This document shows, piece by piece, positions 1 to 10,387 of a stretch of 61,208 nucleotides of DNA (within the stretch, counting starts at the first letter, position 1; each line of letters starts with the position of its first letter). Where the stretch lies: assembly GCA_947601845.1 (NCBI GenBank), contig CANQGH010000002.1, forward strand, positions 1 through 61,208, in the 5' to 3' direction. The position numbers were made by a program, and so were the translations under genes. The notes below the pieces were generated by a model that saw only the letters and a list, made by a program, of their open reading frames with translations, was not told where the DNA came from and searched no databases. Source of the stretch: an uncultured Bacilli bacterium. GTDB taxonomy: Bacteria; Bacillota_I; Bacilli_A; RF39; UBA660.

Positions 1-1413
1 GTATCTATTGAATCTTTTGGTGAAGATGGGATTAATATTGATTCCAGTAGTGGTAACTTAGTAACTAATGGTTATGGAGAATTGGGCAATAATACTAATT
101 TTGGTTTATTTAATTATTCTACAGACACGCCATCTAGTGATATAAAGGGTAGTTTTACTAAAAGTACAAATGCGGTAGATGTTTTTTCGGGGAGTGAATA
201 TATAGCAGTAGATCCCACTAAAACCTATAATTATTCTGTGTATTTAAAGAACTTAGGAAATGCCGATACCACTTATTATATAGGATTTACGGAATATGAT
301 ATAGATAAGAAAATGATTGATACTATTAATTTTATGTATATTCCAAACACTTTAACGACATTAAAACAAGATTTAAATGATGGCGACAAAATAGTATATT
401 TAGATGATGTATCATCGTTTGTAGTAAATGCCGATACGCCGTATTATCAGCGAGGGCTAATTTTTTGGAATTATAAAGATAGTACGGGTTACTTATATCC
501 ACCATTAACATATTCTAGAAATACATGGAGAGATTTATATACCTATGATAAAGTAGATAAAGTCAATAATACTATAACTCTGAAAGAAGAGTGGAATCAT
601 GGTACAATTCCTAAGGGAACTCTATTATCACAAAATAATGATGGGCAAACATATAATTACTGTATAAGAGCATCGCAGACTATTCCTTCTACTTGGACTA
701 AATATTCGGCTGTAATTAGTGGAACTAATACTGCAGGAGGTAACAATCAGTTAAAATTCCGTCCAGGCACTAAATATATACGCATATTAGTTTGGTTCGG
801 TGGCCATACAACGAATGCTAGTATGGCAATGGCAGGAATTGATTTTAGAGAAAGTAATACTGCTAATATTGAAACAGGCGAACCATTAAGGAAAGTGGGA
901 AGTAGTAGTGATTATATCGATTTTGCAAATAAAAGAGTAGTAAGGAAAATAGGGGTATATAGTTTTAATGGTAAAGAGAATTGGACTTGTAGTAGTTCTA
1001 CTTCTGGTAAGTCCTTAAATTGCTTTATAAATCAAACAGAATTATCTAATTTAACCGGAGGGAAAATAAATAAGACCAATACGGCATTATTGTCAACCCA
1101 TTTTCCATATACTAATTTAGGAAATAGTAATTATAAAGATAGAGATGGTAATGGAATATATGGTTATAGTGATAGTTCAGCAGCTTTTATTATTACGACA
1201 AACAAGGTAAAGAATGTAAGTGAATGGAAAAGTTATTTAGAGGAACAAGCAAGTAAGAAGACACCTGTTACTATTTATTATGAATTAAATAGTTCAATAA
1301 ATGAACCTATTATCTTACCAAATGTTAAAACACGTACAGGAGATAGCAATATAGTAATTGAGAGTAATATTGCATCTAGTGGAGTATCTTTAAGTTATTA
1401 TAAAAAAAGTTAA
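1..1413 (+). CDS. Phage tail fibre / receptor-binding-like structural protein, 5' end cut by window edge
   Basis: Frame 1 is open from nt 1 (VSIESFGEDG...) into listed ORF 82..1413, so the TTG at 82 is not a real start. The sequence is N/S/T/Y-rich and beta-type, with no TM or enzyme motif. Resemblance to siphophage fibre proteins is by composition and pattern only. Confidence 0.5.
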   Translation, partial: VSIESFGEDGINIDSSSGNLVTNGYGELGNNTNFGLFNYSTDTPSSDIKGSFTKSTNAVDVFSGSEYIAVDPTKTYNYSVYLKNLGNADTTYYIGFTEYDIDKKMIDTINFMYIPNTLTTLKQDLNDGDKIVYLDDVSSFVVNADTPYYQRGLIFWNYKDSTGYLYPPLTYSRNTWRDLYTYDKVDKVNNTITLKEEWNHGTIPKGTLLSQNNDGQTYNYCIRASQTIPSTWTKYSAVISGTNTAGGNNQLKFRPGTKYIRILVWFGGHTTNASMAMAGIDFRESNTANIETGEPLRKVGSSSDYIDFANKRVVRKIGVYSFNGKENWTCSSSTSGKSLNCFINQTELSNLTGGKINKTNTALLSTHFPYTNLGNSNYKDRDGNGIYGYSDSSAAFIITTNKVKNVSEWKSYLEEQASKKTPVTIYYELNSSINEPIILPNVKTRTGDSNIVIESNIASSGVSLSYYKKS

Positions 1414-1450
1414 CTTTTACTAAAAATGAATATTGAAATAAAAAGGTGAT

Positions 1451-1498
1451 ACAAATCTAATGATTGCCTAAAAGCAAAATTTAGATTTGTATTTTTTT
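1451..1498 (+). terminator. Rho-independent terminator
   Basis: acaaatctaa (1451-1460) pairs with ttagatttgt (1481-1490). An inner ttgc/gcaa pair extends the stem, and attttttt follows. Confidence 0.7.
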
Positions 1499-1650
1499 GT
1501 TGGTTTAAAATCATAATTTGGCCATTTTCCTTTTATAAATACACATGATATATTGGTATCAATCAAAGGACGGATTATTAAATTCATTAGAAAATAAAAG
1601 TGATTTTGTTAATAGTGATAAAAAAATTATGAGGTATTTATGAGGTTATT

Positions 1651-2670
1651 ATGTTAGAAAACAATGACAAATATTTTGAAATATTAAATGATATTAAAAA
1701 AACAGTAATTCAAACTAGAAACAAAATTGTCGAAAGCGCAAATAAAGATTTAGTTCTAATGTATTACAATATTGGTTTAAAATTAATTGAAAATAATAAA
1801 TGGGGTTCTTCATTTATAGATACTTTAGCCAAAGATTTAAAAATTGAGTTTCCAACTTTAAAAGGAATGTCAGCAAGGAACTTAAGATATATGCAAAAAT
1901 TTGCAACTGAATTTGATAATGATGAATTTTTGCAAGGAGTCCTTGCAAAATTATCTTGGAACCATAATCAAGTATTATTAGATAAAATTAAAAACAAGGA
2001 AATTAGAAAGTGGTATGCAAAAGAATCATTTGAAAATGGCTGGTCTGTTTCTATATTAACTCATCAGATTTCTCTTAAATTGTATGAGAGACAAGCATTA
2101 TTAGGAAACAAAACGACCAATTTTGATGAAACTTTACCAACACCCAATAATGAACAAGCCAAAGAATTATTAAAGAGTCCTTATATTTTTGATTTTATAA
2201 CTGCTGATAAAGATATTAAGGAGCTTGATATTGAAAGGGAATTAATAGCTAATATAACTAAATTGTTATTAGAACTTGGAAATGGTTTTGCTTTTGTTGG
2301 AAGACAATACCACTTAGAAATAGAAAATGAAGACTATTATATTGACTTGTTATTTTATAATTTAAAAGTTAGGAGTTATGTAGTAATTGAATTAAAAACA
2401 ACTGAGTTCAAACCTGAATATGCCGGCAAGCTAAATTTTTATTTAAATGCAGTTGATACATATATTAAGGACAAAAATGATAATCCAACGTTTGGAATAC
2501 TTTTATGCAAAGATAAAAAACGAGTAACAGCAGAATTAGCTTTGAAAGATATTAATAAACCAATTGGTGTTACTGAATATAAAATATTATCTGAAATACC
2601 TGAGTTTTTAGAAAATGCTTTGCCAAGCATTGAAGATATCGAAAAAAGATTGAAAAACAGTTCTGAATAA
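1651..2670 (+). CDS. PDDEXK nuclease, YhcG/DUF1016 family
   Basis: 339 aa. The N-terminal helical region and the C-terminal core (GRQYHLEIENEDYYIDLLFYNLKVRSYVVIELK, a D..D/ExK-type restriction-endonuclease fold) are typical of DUF1016 proteins. Confidence 0.8.
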   Translation: MLENNDKYFEILNDIKKTVIQTRNKIVESANKDLVLMYYNIGLKLIENNKWGSSFIDTLAKDLKIEFPTLKGMSARNLRYMQKFATEFDNDEFLQGVLAKLSWNHNQVLLDKIKNKEIRKWYAKESFENGWSVSILTHQISLKLYERQALLGNKTTNFDETLPTPNNEQAKELLKSPYIFDFITADKDIKELDIERELIANITKLLLELGNGFAFVGRQYHLEIENEDYYIDLLFYNLKVRSYVVIELKTTEFKPEYAGKLNFYLNAVDTYIKDKNDNPTFGILLCKDKKRVTAELALKDINKPIGVTEYKILSEIPEFLENALPSIEDIEKRLKNSSE

Positions 2671-2832
2671 AATATTGTTAATTAATAAAACGATCAATAA
2701 ATGCCGTTATATATTTAAGAATATAAAAATTGTCTTTTTTTAGGTTACAATAATATTTTTAAATGATTGAAAAAATGAGAGGTAATTGATACAATAAAAG
2801 AGAATAATATAGGTTATATACAAGGAGAGAGT

Positions 2833-4008
2833 ATGAAAAAATTATTATTAATTTTAGTTGTAATGTTACTTATAAGTGGATGTGAAGTAAAAGAGCAAAA
2901 TCATCCAAATGATGAGGTAGAACACGATAAAATTATGGAGCAATTGAATAGTCTTACTTTAGATGAAAAGATTGGTCAAATGCTTATGGTATCTTATCGT
3001 AGTACTGAAGCTGATGATAATTTAATATCAGTATTAAACGATGTTAAACCTGGCGGTTTTATCATGTTTAGTGAAAACTTTGAGAGTTATACTCAAGTTC
3101 AAAAGTTTTTAAATGACATTAACGCTACTAGTGATATACCAATGTTTATTTCTGTTGACCAAGAAGGTGGAAGAGTTCAAAGATTAAAAAATCTAACGGA
3201 TAGAGAAGTAACTATTGTACCTGCCATGAGTGAATTGGGCGCTACTAATGATGAAGCATTATCATATGAGGTAGGTCGTGTAATGGGAGAAGAATTAGGC
3301 GTTTTTGGTATTAACATGGATTTTGCCCCAGTACTTGATATCTATTCTAATCCTAATAATACGGTAATTGGTAATAGATCATTTGGAACTAATGCCCAAA
3401 CAGTTTCTAAAATGGCTTTATCTTTTGCCAAGGGCCTAAAAAGTACAGGAGTTATTCCTGTTTATAAACATTTTCCAGGTCATGGTGATACAGCAACTGA
3501 TTCACATTATGCCCTACCGGTTATTACTAAAACCAAAGAAGAATTAATGCGGCTTGAATTGAAACCATTTATTGATGCCATTAACGATAAGGCTGAAGTT
3601 ATTATGATTGGTCATTTAGCCATTCCTAATATTACCGGTGATGATACACCAGCATCTTTATCTAAAGTACTAATTACAGATTTTCTAAAAGAAGAATTAG
3701 GATATGATGGATTAGTTATTACCGATGCCTTAAATATGGGAGCTTTAACTAATAATTATTCACAAAAAGAAATTTATACGATGGCAATTAATGCGGGAGT
3801 AGATATCTTACTTATGACATCTCCTGCTAGGGATGCTCTAAAAATAATTAAAGAGGCCGTATTAAATGGTGATATAAGTGAAGAACAAATTGATAAATCG
3901 GTGGAAAAAATATTAAGACTTAAAGATAGTATTAGCAATAATACTAAATATGGTGAAAGTTATCTTGGAAGTAGTGAGCATAAAGAGATTATTAATAAAA
4001 TAAAGTAA
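2833..4008 (+). CDS. nagZ: Glycoside hydrolase family 3 beta-N-acetylhexosaminidase lipoprotein (NagZ/YbbD-like)
   Basis: Lipobox LLISGC after the signal peptide. GH3 motifs: SVDQEGGRVQRL, KHFPGHGDTATDSH, VITDAL. SD aggagag lies upstream. Confidence 0.85.
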   Translation: MKKLLLILVVMLLISGCEVKEQNHPNDEVEHDKIMEQLNSLTLDEKIGQMLMVSYRSTEADDNLISVLNDVKPGGFIMFSENFESYTQVQKFLNDINATSDIPMFISVDQEGGRVQRLKNLTDREVTIVPAMSELGATNDEALSYEVGRVMGEELGVFGINMDFAPVLDIYSNPNNTVIGNRSFGTNAQTVSKMALSFAKGLKSTGVIPVYKHFPGHGDTATDSHYALPVITKTKEELMRLELKPFIDAINDKAEVIMIGHLAIPNITGDDTPASLSKVLITDFLKEELGYDGLVITDALNMGALTNNYSQKEIYTMAINAGVDILLMTSPARDALKIIKEAVLNGDISEEQIDKSVEKILRLKDSISNNTKYGESYLGSSEHKEIINKIK

Positions 4009-4027
4009 TATTAAGTAGGTGGTAAAA

Positions 4028-4312
4028 TTGAAAAAAATTATACTTAGCTGTTTACTTATTGCATGTTCATTACTTATGACAGGATGTGGTAGTAAAAGTA
4101 CCCAATTAACTTGCGATATAGGAAAAACAAGTATCACTATTACTTTTGAAAAAGGAAAGATTACCAGTTATTATGATGCCATTACTGGTGCGGCTGGTAG
4201 CAAAGAAATAGAAAACTTAAATGATAACTATTTAAAAGATGTTACAAGTAATAGTGAAGCTTTAGACATAATGCGTGATGTAGTAGCTACCAATGGTGGC
4301 AATTGTCAATAA
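4028..4312 (+). CDS. Small lipoprotein, unknown function
   Basis: Signal peptide plus lipobox LLMTGCGSK. The listed GTG 4019 lies inside the SD aggtgg (4017-4022), so the in-frame TTG at 4028 is the better start. Confidence 0.6.
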   Translation: MKKIILSCLLIACSLLMTGCGSKSTQLTCDIGKTSITITFEKGKITSYYDAITGAAGSKEIENLNDNYLKDVTSNSEALDIMRDVVATNGGNCQ

Positions 4313-4415
4313 CCGCTTTAAATCAGTAATAGATAAGCTATCGTTTTTCACAAAAATGTATTTTAAAAAATGGTTACATGTGATATATTTAAGTAGTAGA
4401 GGTAGATGATGAATT

Positions 4416-5252
4416 ATGAATATTGAATTCGTATCGAATGATTATCTTTTAGCGTGGAACTTATTGTTTAAACCTGCCTTTTCCAGTGAAATACAAGCAC
4501 TAAAAGAAAAGATTTGGCAAAAGTACCCTAAAGAATATATGAAATTACAAAAAGAGAATATTGAAATTTTAAAATATAGTGATGATTTCATTCCTGATGA
4601 TGATACCGTATACAATTATGTTTTTGAATCCGATATTTTTAAAAATATAAAAAAAGAAACGGACAAGCATCGCCGCTTTTTAATGAAATTTTGGTACGAA
4701 TATCAAAAAACTATTAATGAAGAATTGAAAAATATTTTACGATTTCCTATTAAAGATACATATCATCTACTAGTAATTCATCCATCCTTGGATACAGTTG
4801 AATTCATGGGAACTAATCCTAAAAAAAATATTTCGTGGGGAAAGTTAAATGATACAGAAGATGGTCTTAAGACTTTAATGCGTATTATATATACTCTAGT
4901 GAAATACGAAATAGCATCTTTTCAAAAAGAGAATAAAGAAATAGTTGCTGCTGTTATTGATTTGGCAATTACTAACGAATTACATACAAGAATTTTAAAA
5001 AAATCAAAATATAACGAGGGTTTTAAAAACTTGCGATTTTTAAAAAGACAATTATACCCTTATTGGTTAATGTATTTGGGAGCTGACAAAGAAGAAATGG
5101 TTAGTTATATGATGCGTGACCAATTAGCTTTTGATTTTGAAAAATATCCAGTTGAAAAAGAGCTTAAAAAAGTTGATTTATATGGATTTATTGATTTTTG
5201 TTGTAAAAATCAAAAATATATTATTAGACTTAGTGATATAGAAACAATGTAA
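4416..5252 (+). CDS. Hypothetical protein (278 aa)
   Basis: Long ORF with an SD-like agaggtag upstream. I recognise no motif. Confidence 0.65.
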   Translation: MNIEFVSNDYLLAWNLLFKPAFSSEIQALKEKIWQKYPKEYMKLQKENIEILKYSDDFIPDDDTVYNYVFESDIFKNIKKETDKHRRFLMKFWYEYQKTINEELKNILRFPIKDTYHLLVIHPSLDTVEFMGTNPKKNISWGKLNDTEDGLKTLMRIIYTLVKYEIASFQKENKEIVAAVIDLAITNELHTRILKKSKYNEGFKNLRFLKRQLYPYWLMYLGADKEEMVSYMMRDQLAFDFEKYPVEKELKKVDLYGFIDFCCKNQKYIIRLSDIETM

Positions 5253-5275
5253 AAGTGGCAATGCCACTTTTATTT
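5252..5275 (+). terminator. Hairpin plus U-tract just upstream of polC
   Basis: aaagtggc (5252-5259) / gccacttt (5263-5270), followed by tatttg. Confidence 0.5.
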
Positions 5276-5289
5276 GGGGGATACGAAGT

Positions 5290-8200
5290 ATGGATAACAA
5301 ATTAGAATTAATATTACAAAAAATAAATTTAGATAATAAATATTTTAGTGAATTTATAAATGCCAAATTAGATAAAGTAGTTATATATAAAAAGTATGAT
5401 TGCGTACAAATAGTTTTGCAAAATAAGACTAATTTTAGTTTAGAATTATATCAACATTTAACCAATTGTTTTACTAGCTATTTTGGTAAAGAAGTTGACT
5501 TAGAAATTAAAGTAGAAGAAATTAATAAAGATTATATTAATGACTACTACCAAGAGGCTATTGCTAATATTGCTAAAGATAAAGTTTTGTTAAATATTTT
5601 TTTAGATAGATTAAAAATAAAAGACGAAGGCTATTTTGTAGAAGTTATTAATGAAATTGAAAAGCAACAATTTTTAACTATTCAGGATACAGTTAATAAA
5701 AGATTAAAACAATATGGATTTGATATAAACTTAGAATGTTTTATTAATGATGAAGAACGAGAAAAAACCAAAAATGCAATCAATGAATCCTTGAAAATAG
5801 ATGTAATTAATCTAAAACCTAGTAAAAAAACAGAAATGTCTCATGAAAAAGAAAGTACTTTTAAACCTAAATATGAAAAAAAAGAAGTTAATGAGCAAAC
5901 CGTTAAAGGTAGAGTAATTAAAGATAATCCGGTTGCTATTAAAAGTATCGTGGGCGAAGAAGATAGTGTTACTATTGATGCCTGTGTTTTTGGTATTGAT
6001 GAATTTGAACCGGCTAGTAAGGAATTTAAAATTCTAACCTTAAAATTAACTGATTACACTGACAGCATTTATGCCAAGATATTTACTCGTGATGATGATG
6101 AATTTAGTATGCTTAAGAAAAAGTGTAAAGAGGGTAATTGGTTAAGAATAAGGGGAGCAACAAAGAATGATCGCTATTCTAATAATGAATTAGTTTTAAA
6201 TATTAGGGATATTAATGAAATTGAGTCTAAAAGTGGAAAAAGAGTAGATAATGCTCCAAGAAAAAGAGTGGAACTTCATGCCCACACTAAGATGAGTCAG
6301 ATGGATGGGGTCATGGATGAAGTAGATTATATTAAACAAGCTATAGCCTTTGGACATCGTGGGGCAGCCGTAACAGACCACAATGGATGCCAGGCTTTTC
6401 CTCATGTTTTTAATACAATTAAAGACTATAATAAAGATAAAGAAGAAAAGGACAAATTTAAGGGACTATATGGTACTGAAATTACTTTAATTGATGACGA
6501 TATTGATATTGTTGTTCGTGGTAATGATGAACCAATTATGACTTCTACTTATGTGGTTTTTGATTTTGAAACAACGGGTTTTAATGCTGGTGGCGGAGAC
6601 TCCATTATTGAGATTGGTGCTGTTAAAATAAAAGATGGCGAAATAATTGATACTTATGATGAGTTAATTAATCCAGGAAGAGATATAAGTGACAATATTA
6701 CGGCGGTTACTAATATTACCAATGAAATGTTGCAAGGGAAAGATAACGAAGAAGCTGCTGTTAAGAGATTTATTGAATGGTTTGGCAATTTACCAATGGT
6801 TGCGCACAATGCGAAATTCGATTGTTCATTCTTGGAGATGGCGTACCAAAAATATAATTTAGGTAAATTTACTAATCCTGTAATCGATACTTTAGAATTA
6901 TCTAGAACTCTTGATAATACTTATGCAAGACACAGCCTAACTGCTATTACCAAAAGATATGATGTTGAGTGGGATGAAGAATCACACCATAGAGCAGATT
7001 ATGATGCCAAAGGTACAGCTTTAGTATTTTATAAAATGCTTAAAAAATTAGATGATAGGCACTTTGTCGTTATTAAAGACTTAAACAATTTAGTATCTAA
7101 AGATGAAATTCATAAATATGGCAATTCTTATCATGTTAATATGATTGCCCAAAATAAAACTGGTCTTAAAAACATGTTTAAAATTATTTCTTTAGCTAAT
7201 ACCAAATATTTATATAAAACGCCAAGAATTTTAAGAAGTGAAATAGAAAGATTAAGAGAAGGCTTATTAATAGGTAGTGGTTGTTATGAAAGTGAAGTAT
7301 TTAATCAAGCGAGAAGTAAAAGCGATGAAGAATTAGCTAAGATTATATCTTTTTATGATTATGTAGAAGTACAACCACCTGAAGTATATAATCATTTAAT
7401 TCAAAGTGAGGACTTTAAAAATGAACAAGAACTAATCGACAATATTAAAAAAGTCATCGAGTGTACTATTTCTAGTGGTAAGTTAATTGTAGCGACTGGT
7501 GATGTTCATCAATTAAATGATGAGGATAAAATTTATCGTGAGATTATCATTAATCAAAAAGTGCCTGGAGGCGGAATGCATCCTTTGGCTAAAAAGAGTA
7601 TTACTAATATTCCTAGTCAATATTTTAGAACGACAGAAGAAATGTTAAAATCTTTTAGTTTCTTAGATGATGCGACAAGAGAGTTAATTGTAATTGATAA
7701 TCCTAATAAAATAGTCGACATGGTGGAAGATATTGAAGTAATTATTGATACAGGTGGAGTACCTTTTGCGCCTATTATTCCTGATTCACAGAAGACAACG
7801 ACTGATCTTGTATATAATAAAGCAGCAAGTATGTATGGGGATCCATTACCTTATAATATCGAGGAGCGAATTGCTAAGGAATTATATGGGGATGCGGTAT
7901 ATGATGCGATTAAGGATCAAATGAATAAGGAAAAAGAGTGGAGTAGTGAAGAGTTCGAAAAAGAATCTTTCAAAAGACTTCATGATGTTATTGTATCGGG
8001 AGTTGACAATGTTAAAAAGTTAATTCGTGATAATATTCATGAAAATGAACCAGAATTAAATGATGAAGAATTAGATAAAGCTCTACAAAAGAAATTAGGG
8101 GGTATTATTGGTGGTAACTTTGATGTTATTTATTTAATTGCTCAAAAATTAGTTAAACACTCTAATGATGAAGGATATTTAGTTGGTTCCCGTGGATCAG

Positions 8201-9906
8201 TTGGATCAAGTTTTGTAGCTACGATGATGGGAATTACGGAAGTTAATGCCCTACCAGCTCATTATTTATGTCGTAATCCTAAATGTAAATATTCTGAGTT
8301 TAATGATGACAATGGAGAGCCTTATGGTAAAGAGTATTCAAGTGGATATGATTTACCTAATAAAATTTGTCCTAGATGTGGTGAACCATTAGGTAAAGAA
8401 GGACAAGATATGCCATTTGCTACCTTCTTAGGATTTAATGCTGATAAAGTACCTGATATTGACCTTAACTTTTCAGGGGATAACCAAGCTAGTGCTCATG
8501 CTTATACCAAGGTTTTGTTTGGTGATGATAATGTTTATCGTGCAGGTACTATTGGTACAGTAGCTGATAAAACAGCCTTTGGATTTGCTAAAGGATATTT
8601 TGAGGATAAAGGAATCGATGGGGTAAGAACAGCAGAGATAGAGCGTCTAGCTATTGGATGTACAGGAGTTAAAAGAACGACAGGACAGCACCCAGGAGGG
8701 ATTGTCGTTATTCCAGGATATATGGATGTCTTTGATTTTACTCCATTCCAATATCCCGCTGATGATGAAAACAGTGAATGGCGAACAACGCATTTTGATT
8801 ATCATGCTATTGACCAAGATGTTTTGAAGCTTGATATACTAGGACACGATGATCCGACGGTTTTACGTATGTTACAAGATTTGTCGGGTATAGATGTTAC
8901 TACTTTACCAATGGATGATGCTAATGTACTTAGTTTGTTAACTTCACCTAAAGCTTTGGGCGTTACGGAAGAACAAATATTATGTCCAACTGGAACACTA
9001 GGAGTACCAGAGATGGGAACCCAATTTGTAATAAGCATGTTAGTGGATACTAAACCTAAAACTTTTAGTGAAATAGTTAAAATATCTGGATTATCTCATG
9101 GTACGGATGTATGGGCAGGAAATGCTAGTGAATTAATTGCTAATAAAGTTTGTCCTTTTAAAGATGTTATCGGATGTCGTGATGACATTATGGTAAACCT
9201 TATGAACTGGGGAATGAAACCTATTCGTGCTTTTAAAATAATGGAATTTGTTCGTAAAGGAAAAGCTAGTAAAGACCCTGAAACATGGAAAGGTATGGCT
9301 GATGAAATGCGGGCAGTTAATGTCCCTGAGTGGTATATTGAATCATGTCATAAAATCAAATACATGTTCCCTAAAGCCCATGCGGTAGCGTATGTTATGT
9401 CTGCACTTCGTATTGCGTGGTTTAAGGTATATAAACCTCTATATTACTATGCGGCTTATTTCTCAATTAGGGTCAACGACTTTGATATAGAAACAATGAT
9501 AAAAGGTTATGATGCAATTAAAAGTAAAATTGATGATTTAGAATTAAAAGGATATGATCGTACCAATAAAGAATCTAATGTACTTGATACATTACATATT
9601 GCTTTAGAAGCTTCAGCCAGAGGAATTAAATTTGGACCATTGGAATTATCAAGAAGCCATTCTCGTTATTTCTTAATTGATGAGAATAGTGAGAATACTT
9701 TAATACCACCGTTTAGAACCATTGATGGCTTGGGAGACTCAGTTAGTACTTCCATTATTGAAGAACGTGATAAACAAGAATTCATAAGCATTGAAGATTT
9801 GCAAAAAAGGTGTAAAGTATCACTTACCATTACGGACAAGATGCGTAATTTAGGTATGCTTAATGGTATGCCTGAATCTAGTCAAATGACTTTGAATTTA
9901 TTTTAG
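5290..9906 (+). CDS. polC: DNA polymerase III alpha subunit, Gram-positive PolC type
   Basis: 1538 aa. Contains a PHP domain (VELHAHTKMSQMDG), an inserted DEDD exonuclease (VVFDFETTGF ... AHNAKFDCSFL ... HRADYDA), a zinc module (CRNPKCKY...CPRCG), a polymerase core and a C-terminal HhH. Confidence 0.97.
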   Translation: MDNKLELILQKINLDNKYFSEFINAKLDKVVIYKKYDCVQIVLQNKTNFSLELYQHLTNCFTSYFGKEVDLEIKVEEINKDYINDYYQEAIANIAKDKVLLNIFLDRLKIKDEGYFVEVINEIEKQQFLTIQDTVNKRLKQYGFDINLECFINDEEREKTKNAINESLKIDVINLKPSKKTEMSHEKESTFKPKYEKKEVNEQTVKGRVIKDNPVAIKSIVGEEDSVTIDACVFGIDEFEPASKEFKILTLKLTDYTDSIYAKIFTRDDDEFSMLKKKCKEGNWLRIRGATKNDRYSNNELVLNIRDINEIESKSGKRVDNAPRKRVELHAHTKMSQMDGVMDEVDYIKQAIAFGHRGAAVTDHNGCQAFPHVFNTIKDYNKDKEEKDKFKGLYGTEITLIDDDIDIVVRGNDEPIMTSTYVVFDFETTGFNAGGGDSIIEIGAVKIKDGEIIDTYDELINPGRDISDNITAVTNITNEMLQGKDNEEAAVKRFIEWFGNLPMVAHNAKFDCSFLEMAYQKYNLGKFTNPVIDTLELSRTLDNTYARHSLTAITKRYDVEWDEESHHRADYDAKGTALVFYKMLKKLDDRHFVVIKDLNNLVSKDEIHKYGNSYHVNMIAQNKTGLKNMFKIISLANTKYLYKTPRILRSEIERLREGLLIGSGCYESEVFNQARSKSDEELAKIISFYDYVEVQPPEVYNHLIQSEDFKNEQELIDNIKKVIECTISSGKLIVATGDVHQLNDEDKIYREIIINQKVPGGGMHPLAKKSITNIPSQYFRTTEEMLKSFSFLDDATRELIVIDNPNKIVDMVEDIEVIIDTGGVPFAPIIPDSQKTTTDLVYNKAASMYGDPLPYNIEERIAKELYGDAVYDAIKDQMNKEKEWSSEEFEKESFKRLHDVIVSGVDNVKKLIRDNIHENEPELNDEELDKALQKKLGGIIGGNFDVIYLIAQKLVKHSNDEGYLVGSRGSVGSSFVATMMGITEVNALPAHYLCRNPKCKYSEFNDDNGEPYGKEYSSGYDLPNKICPRCGEPLGKEGQDMPFATFLGFNADKVPDIDLNFSGDNQASAHAYTKVLFGDDNVYRAGTIGTVADKTAFGFAKGYFEDKGIDGVRTAEIERLAIGCTGVKRTTGQHPGGIVVIPGYMDVFDFTPFQYPADDENSEWRTTHFDYHAIDQDVLKLDILGHDDPTVLRMLQDLSGIDVTTLPMDDANVLSLLTSPKALGVTEEQILCPTGTLGVPEMGTQFVISMLVDTKPKTFSEIVKISGLSHGTDVWAGNASELIANKVCPFKDVIGCRDDIMVNLMNWGMKPIRAFKIMEFVRKGKASKDPETWKGMADEMRAVNVPEWYIESCHKIKYMFPKAHAVAYVMSALRIAWFKVYKPLYYYAAYFSIRVNDFDIETMIKGYDAIKSKIDDLELKGYDRTNKESNVLDTLHIALEASARGIKFGPLELSRSHSRYFLIDENSENTLIPPFRTIDGLGDSVSTSIIEERDKQEFISIEDLQKRCKVSLTITDKMRNLGMLNGMPESSQMTLNLF

Positions 9907-10033
9907 GCCAAAATAGTAAATTGATTAAAAATTAAGGGAAATGAAACCGTTACAAATTGTAACACTTTGAAACTTAAAACTAAATATAATAGAAACTAAA
10001 ATATAAATATACATAATATTAAAAATTAAAATT

Positions 10034-10057
10034 ATAGTGCTATGCACTATTTTTTTT
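10034..10057 (+). terminator. Rho-independent terminator after polC
   Basis: atagtgc (10034-10040), loop tat, gcactat (10044-10050), then a T7-8 run. Confidence 0.7.
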
Positions 10058-10230
10058 AACAAAATCCTAAAATGTTATTGAGAATTGTAAATATCATGTC
10101 AACTGAACGACAATAAATAATTAATATAAACATCTTTTTGTGATATGGTGTGCTTTTTCATATGAATGATATCAATAAAATATAGTTTAAATATCTTTTA
10201 TAATCATCTTTTTTATACCCAAGGTTTAGG

Positions 10231-10260
10231 TTGACTTTTGTCGAAATAGCGGGTTACAAT
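10231..10260 (+). promoter_or_regulatory. Sigma-A-type promoter for the surface-protein operon
   Basis: TTGACT (10231-10236), 18-nt spacer, TACAAT (10255-10260), about 125 nt upstream of the ATG at 10388. Confidence 0.5.
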
Positions 10261-10387
10261 ATCTATAGATAATAAAAAGACTATAGGATATTGAACTTAT
10301 TTAAGAGGGATACATGTATAATAGTATTTTTATTAGCTATAAAATTTTCTTGTAACATATTATGAATTGAAAGGAGTGTAGGATAAT

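Noticed and set aside
6196-6405. Antisense ORFs inside polC (6196..6405 and 8802..9038, minus strand)
   Set aside because: They are fully embedded antisense to a strongly supported essential gene. They have no SD and their composition is that of mirrored coding sequence.
9945-9959. 15-nt palindrome gttacaaattgtaac downstream of polC as a regulatory site
   Set aside because: It is short and AT-rich, there is no second copy of the full site, and no associated promoter or regulator is present. It is not distinguishable from chance in this composition.
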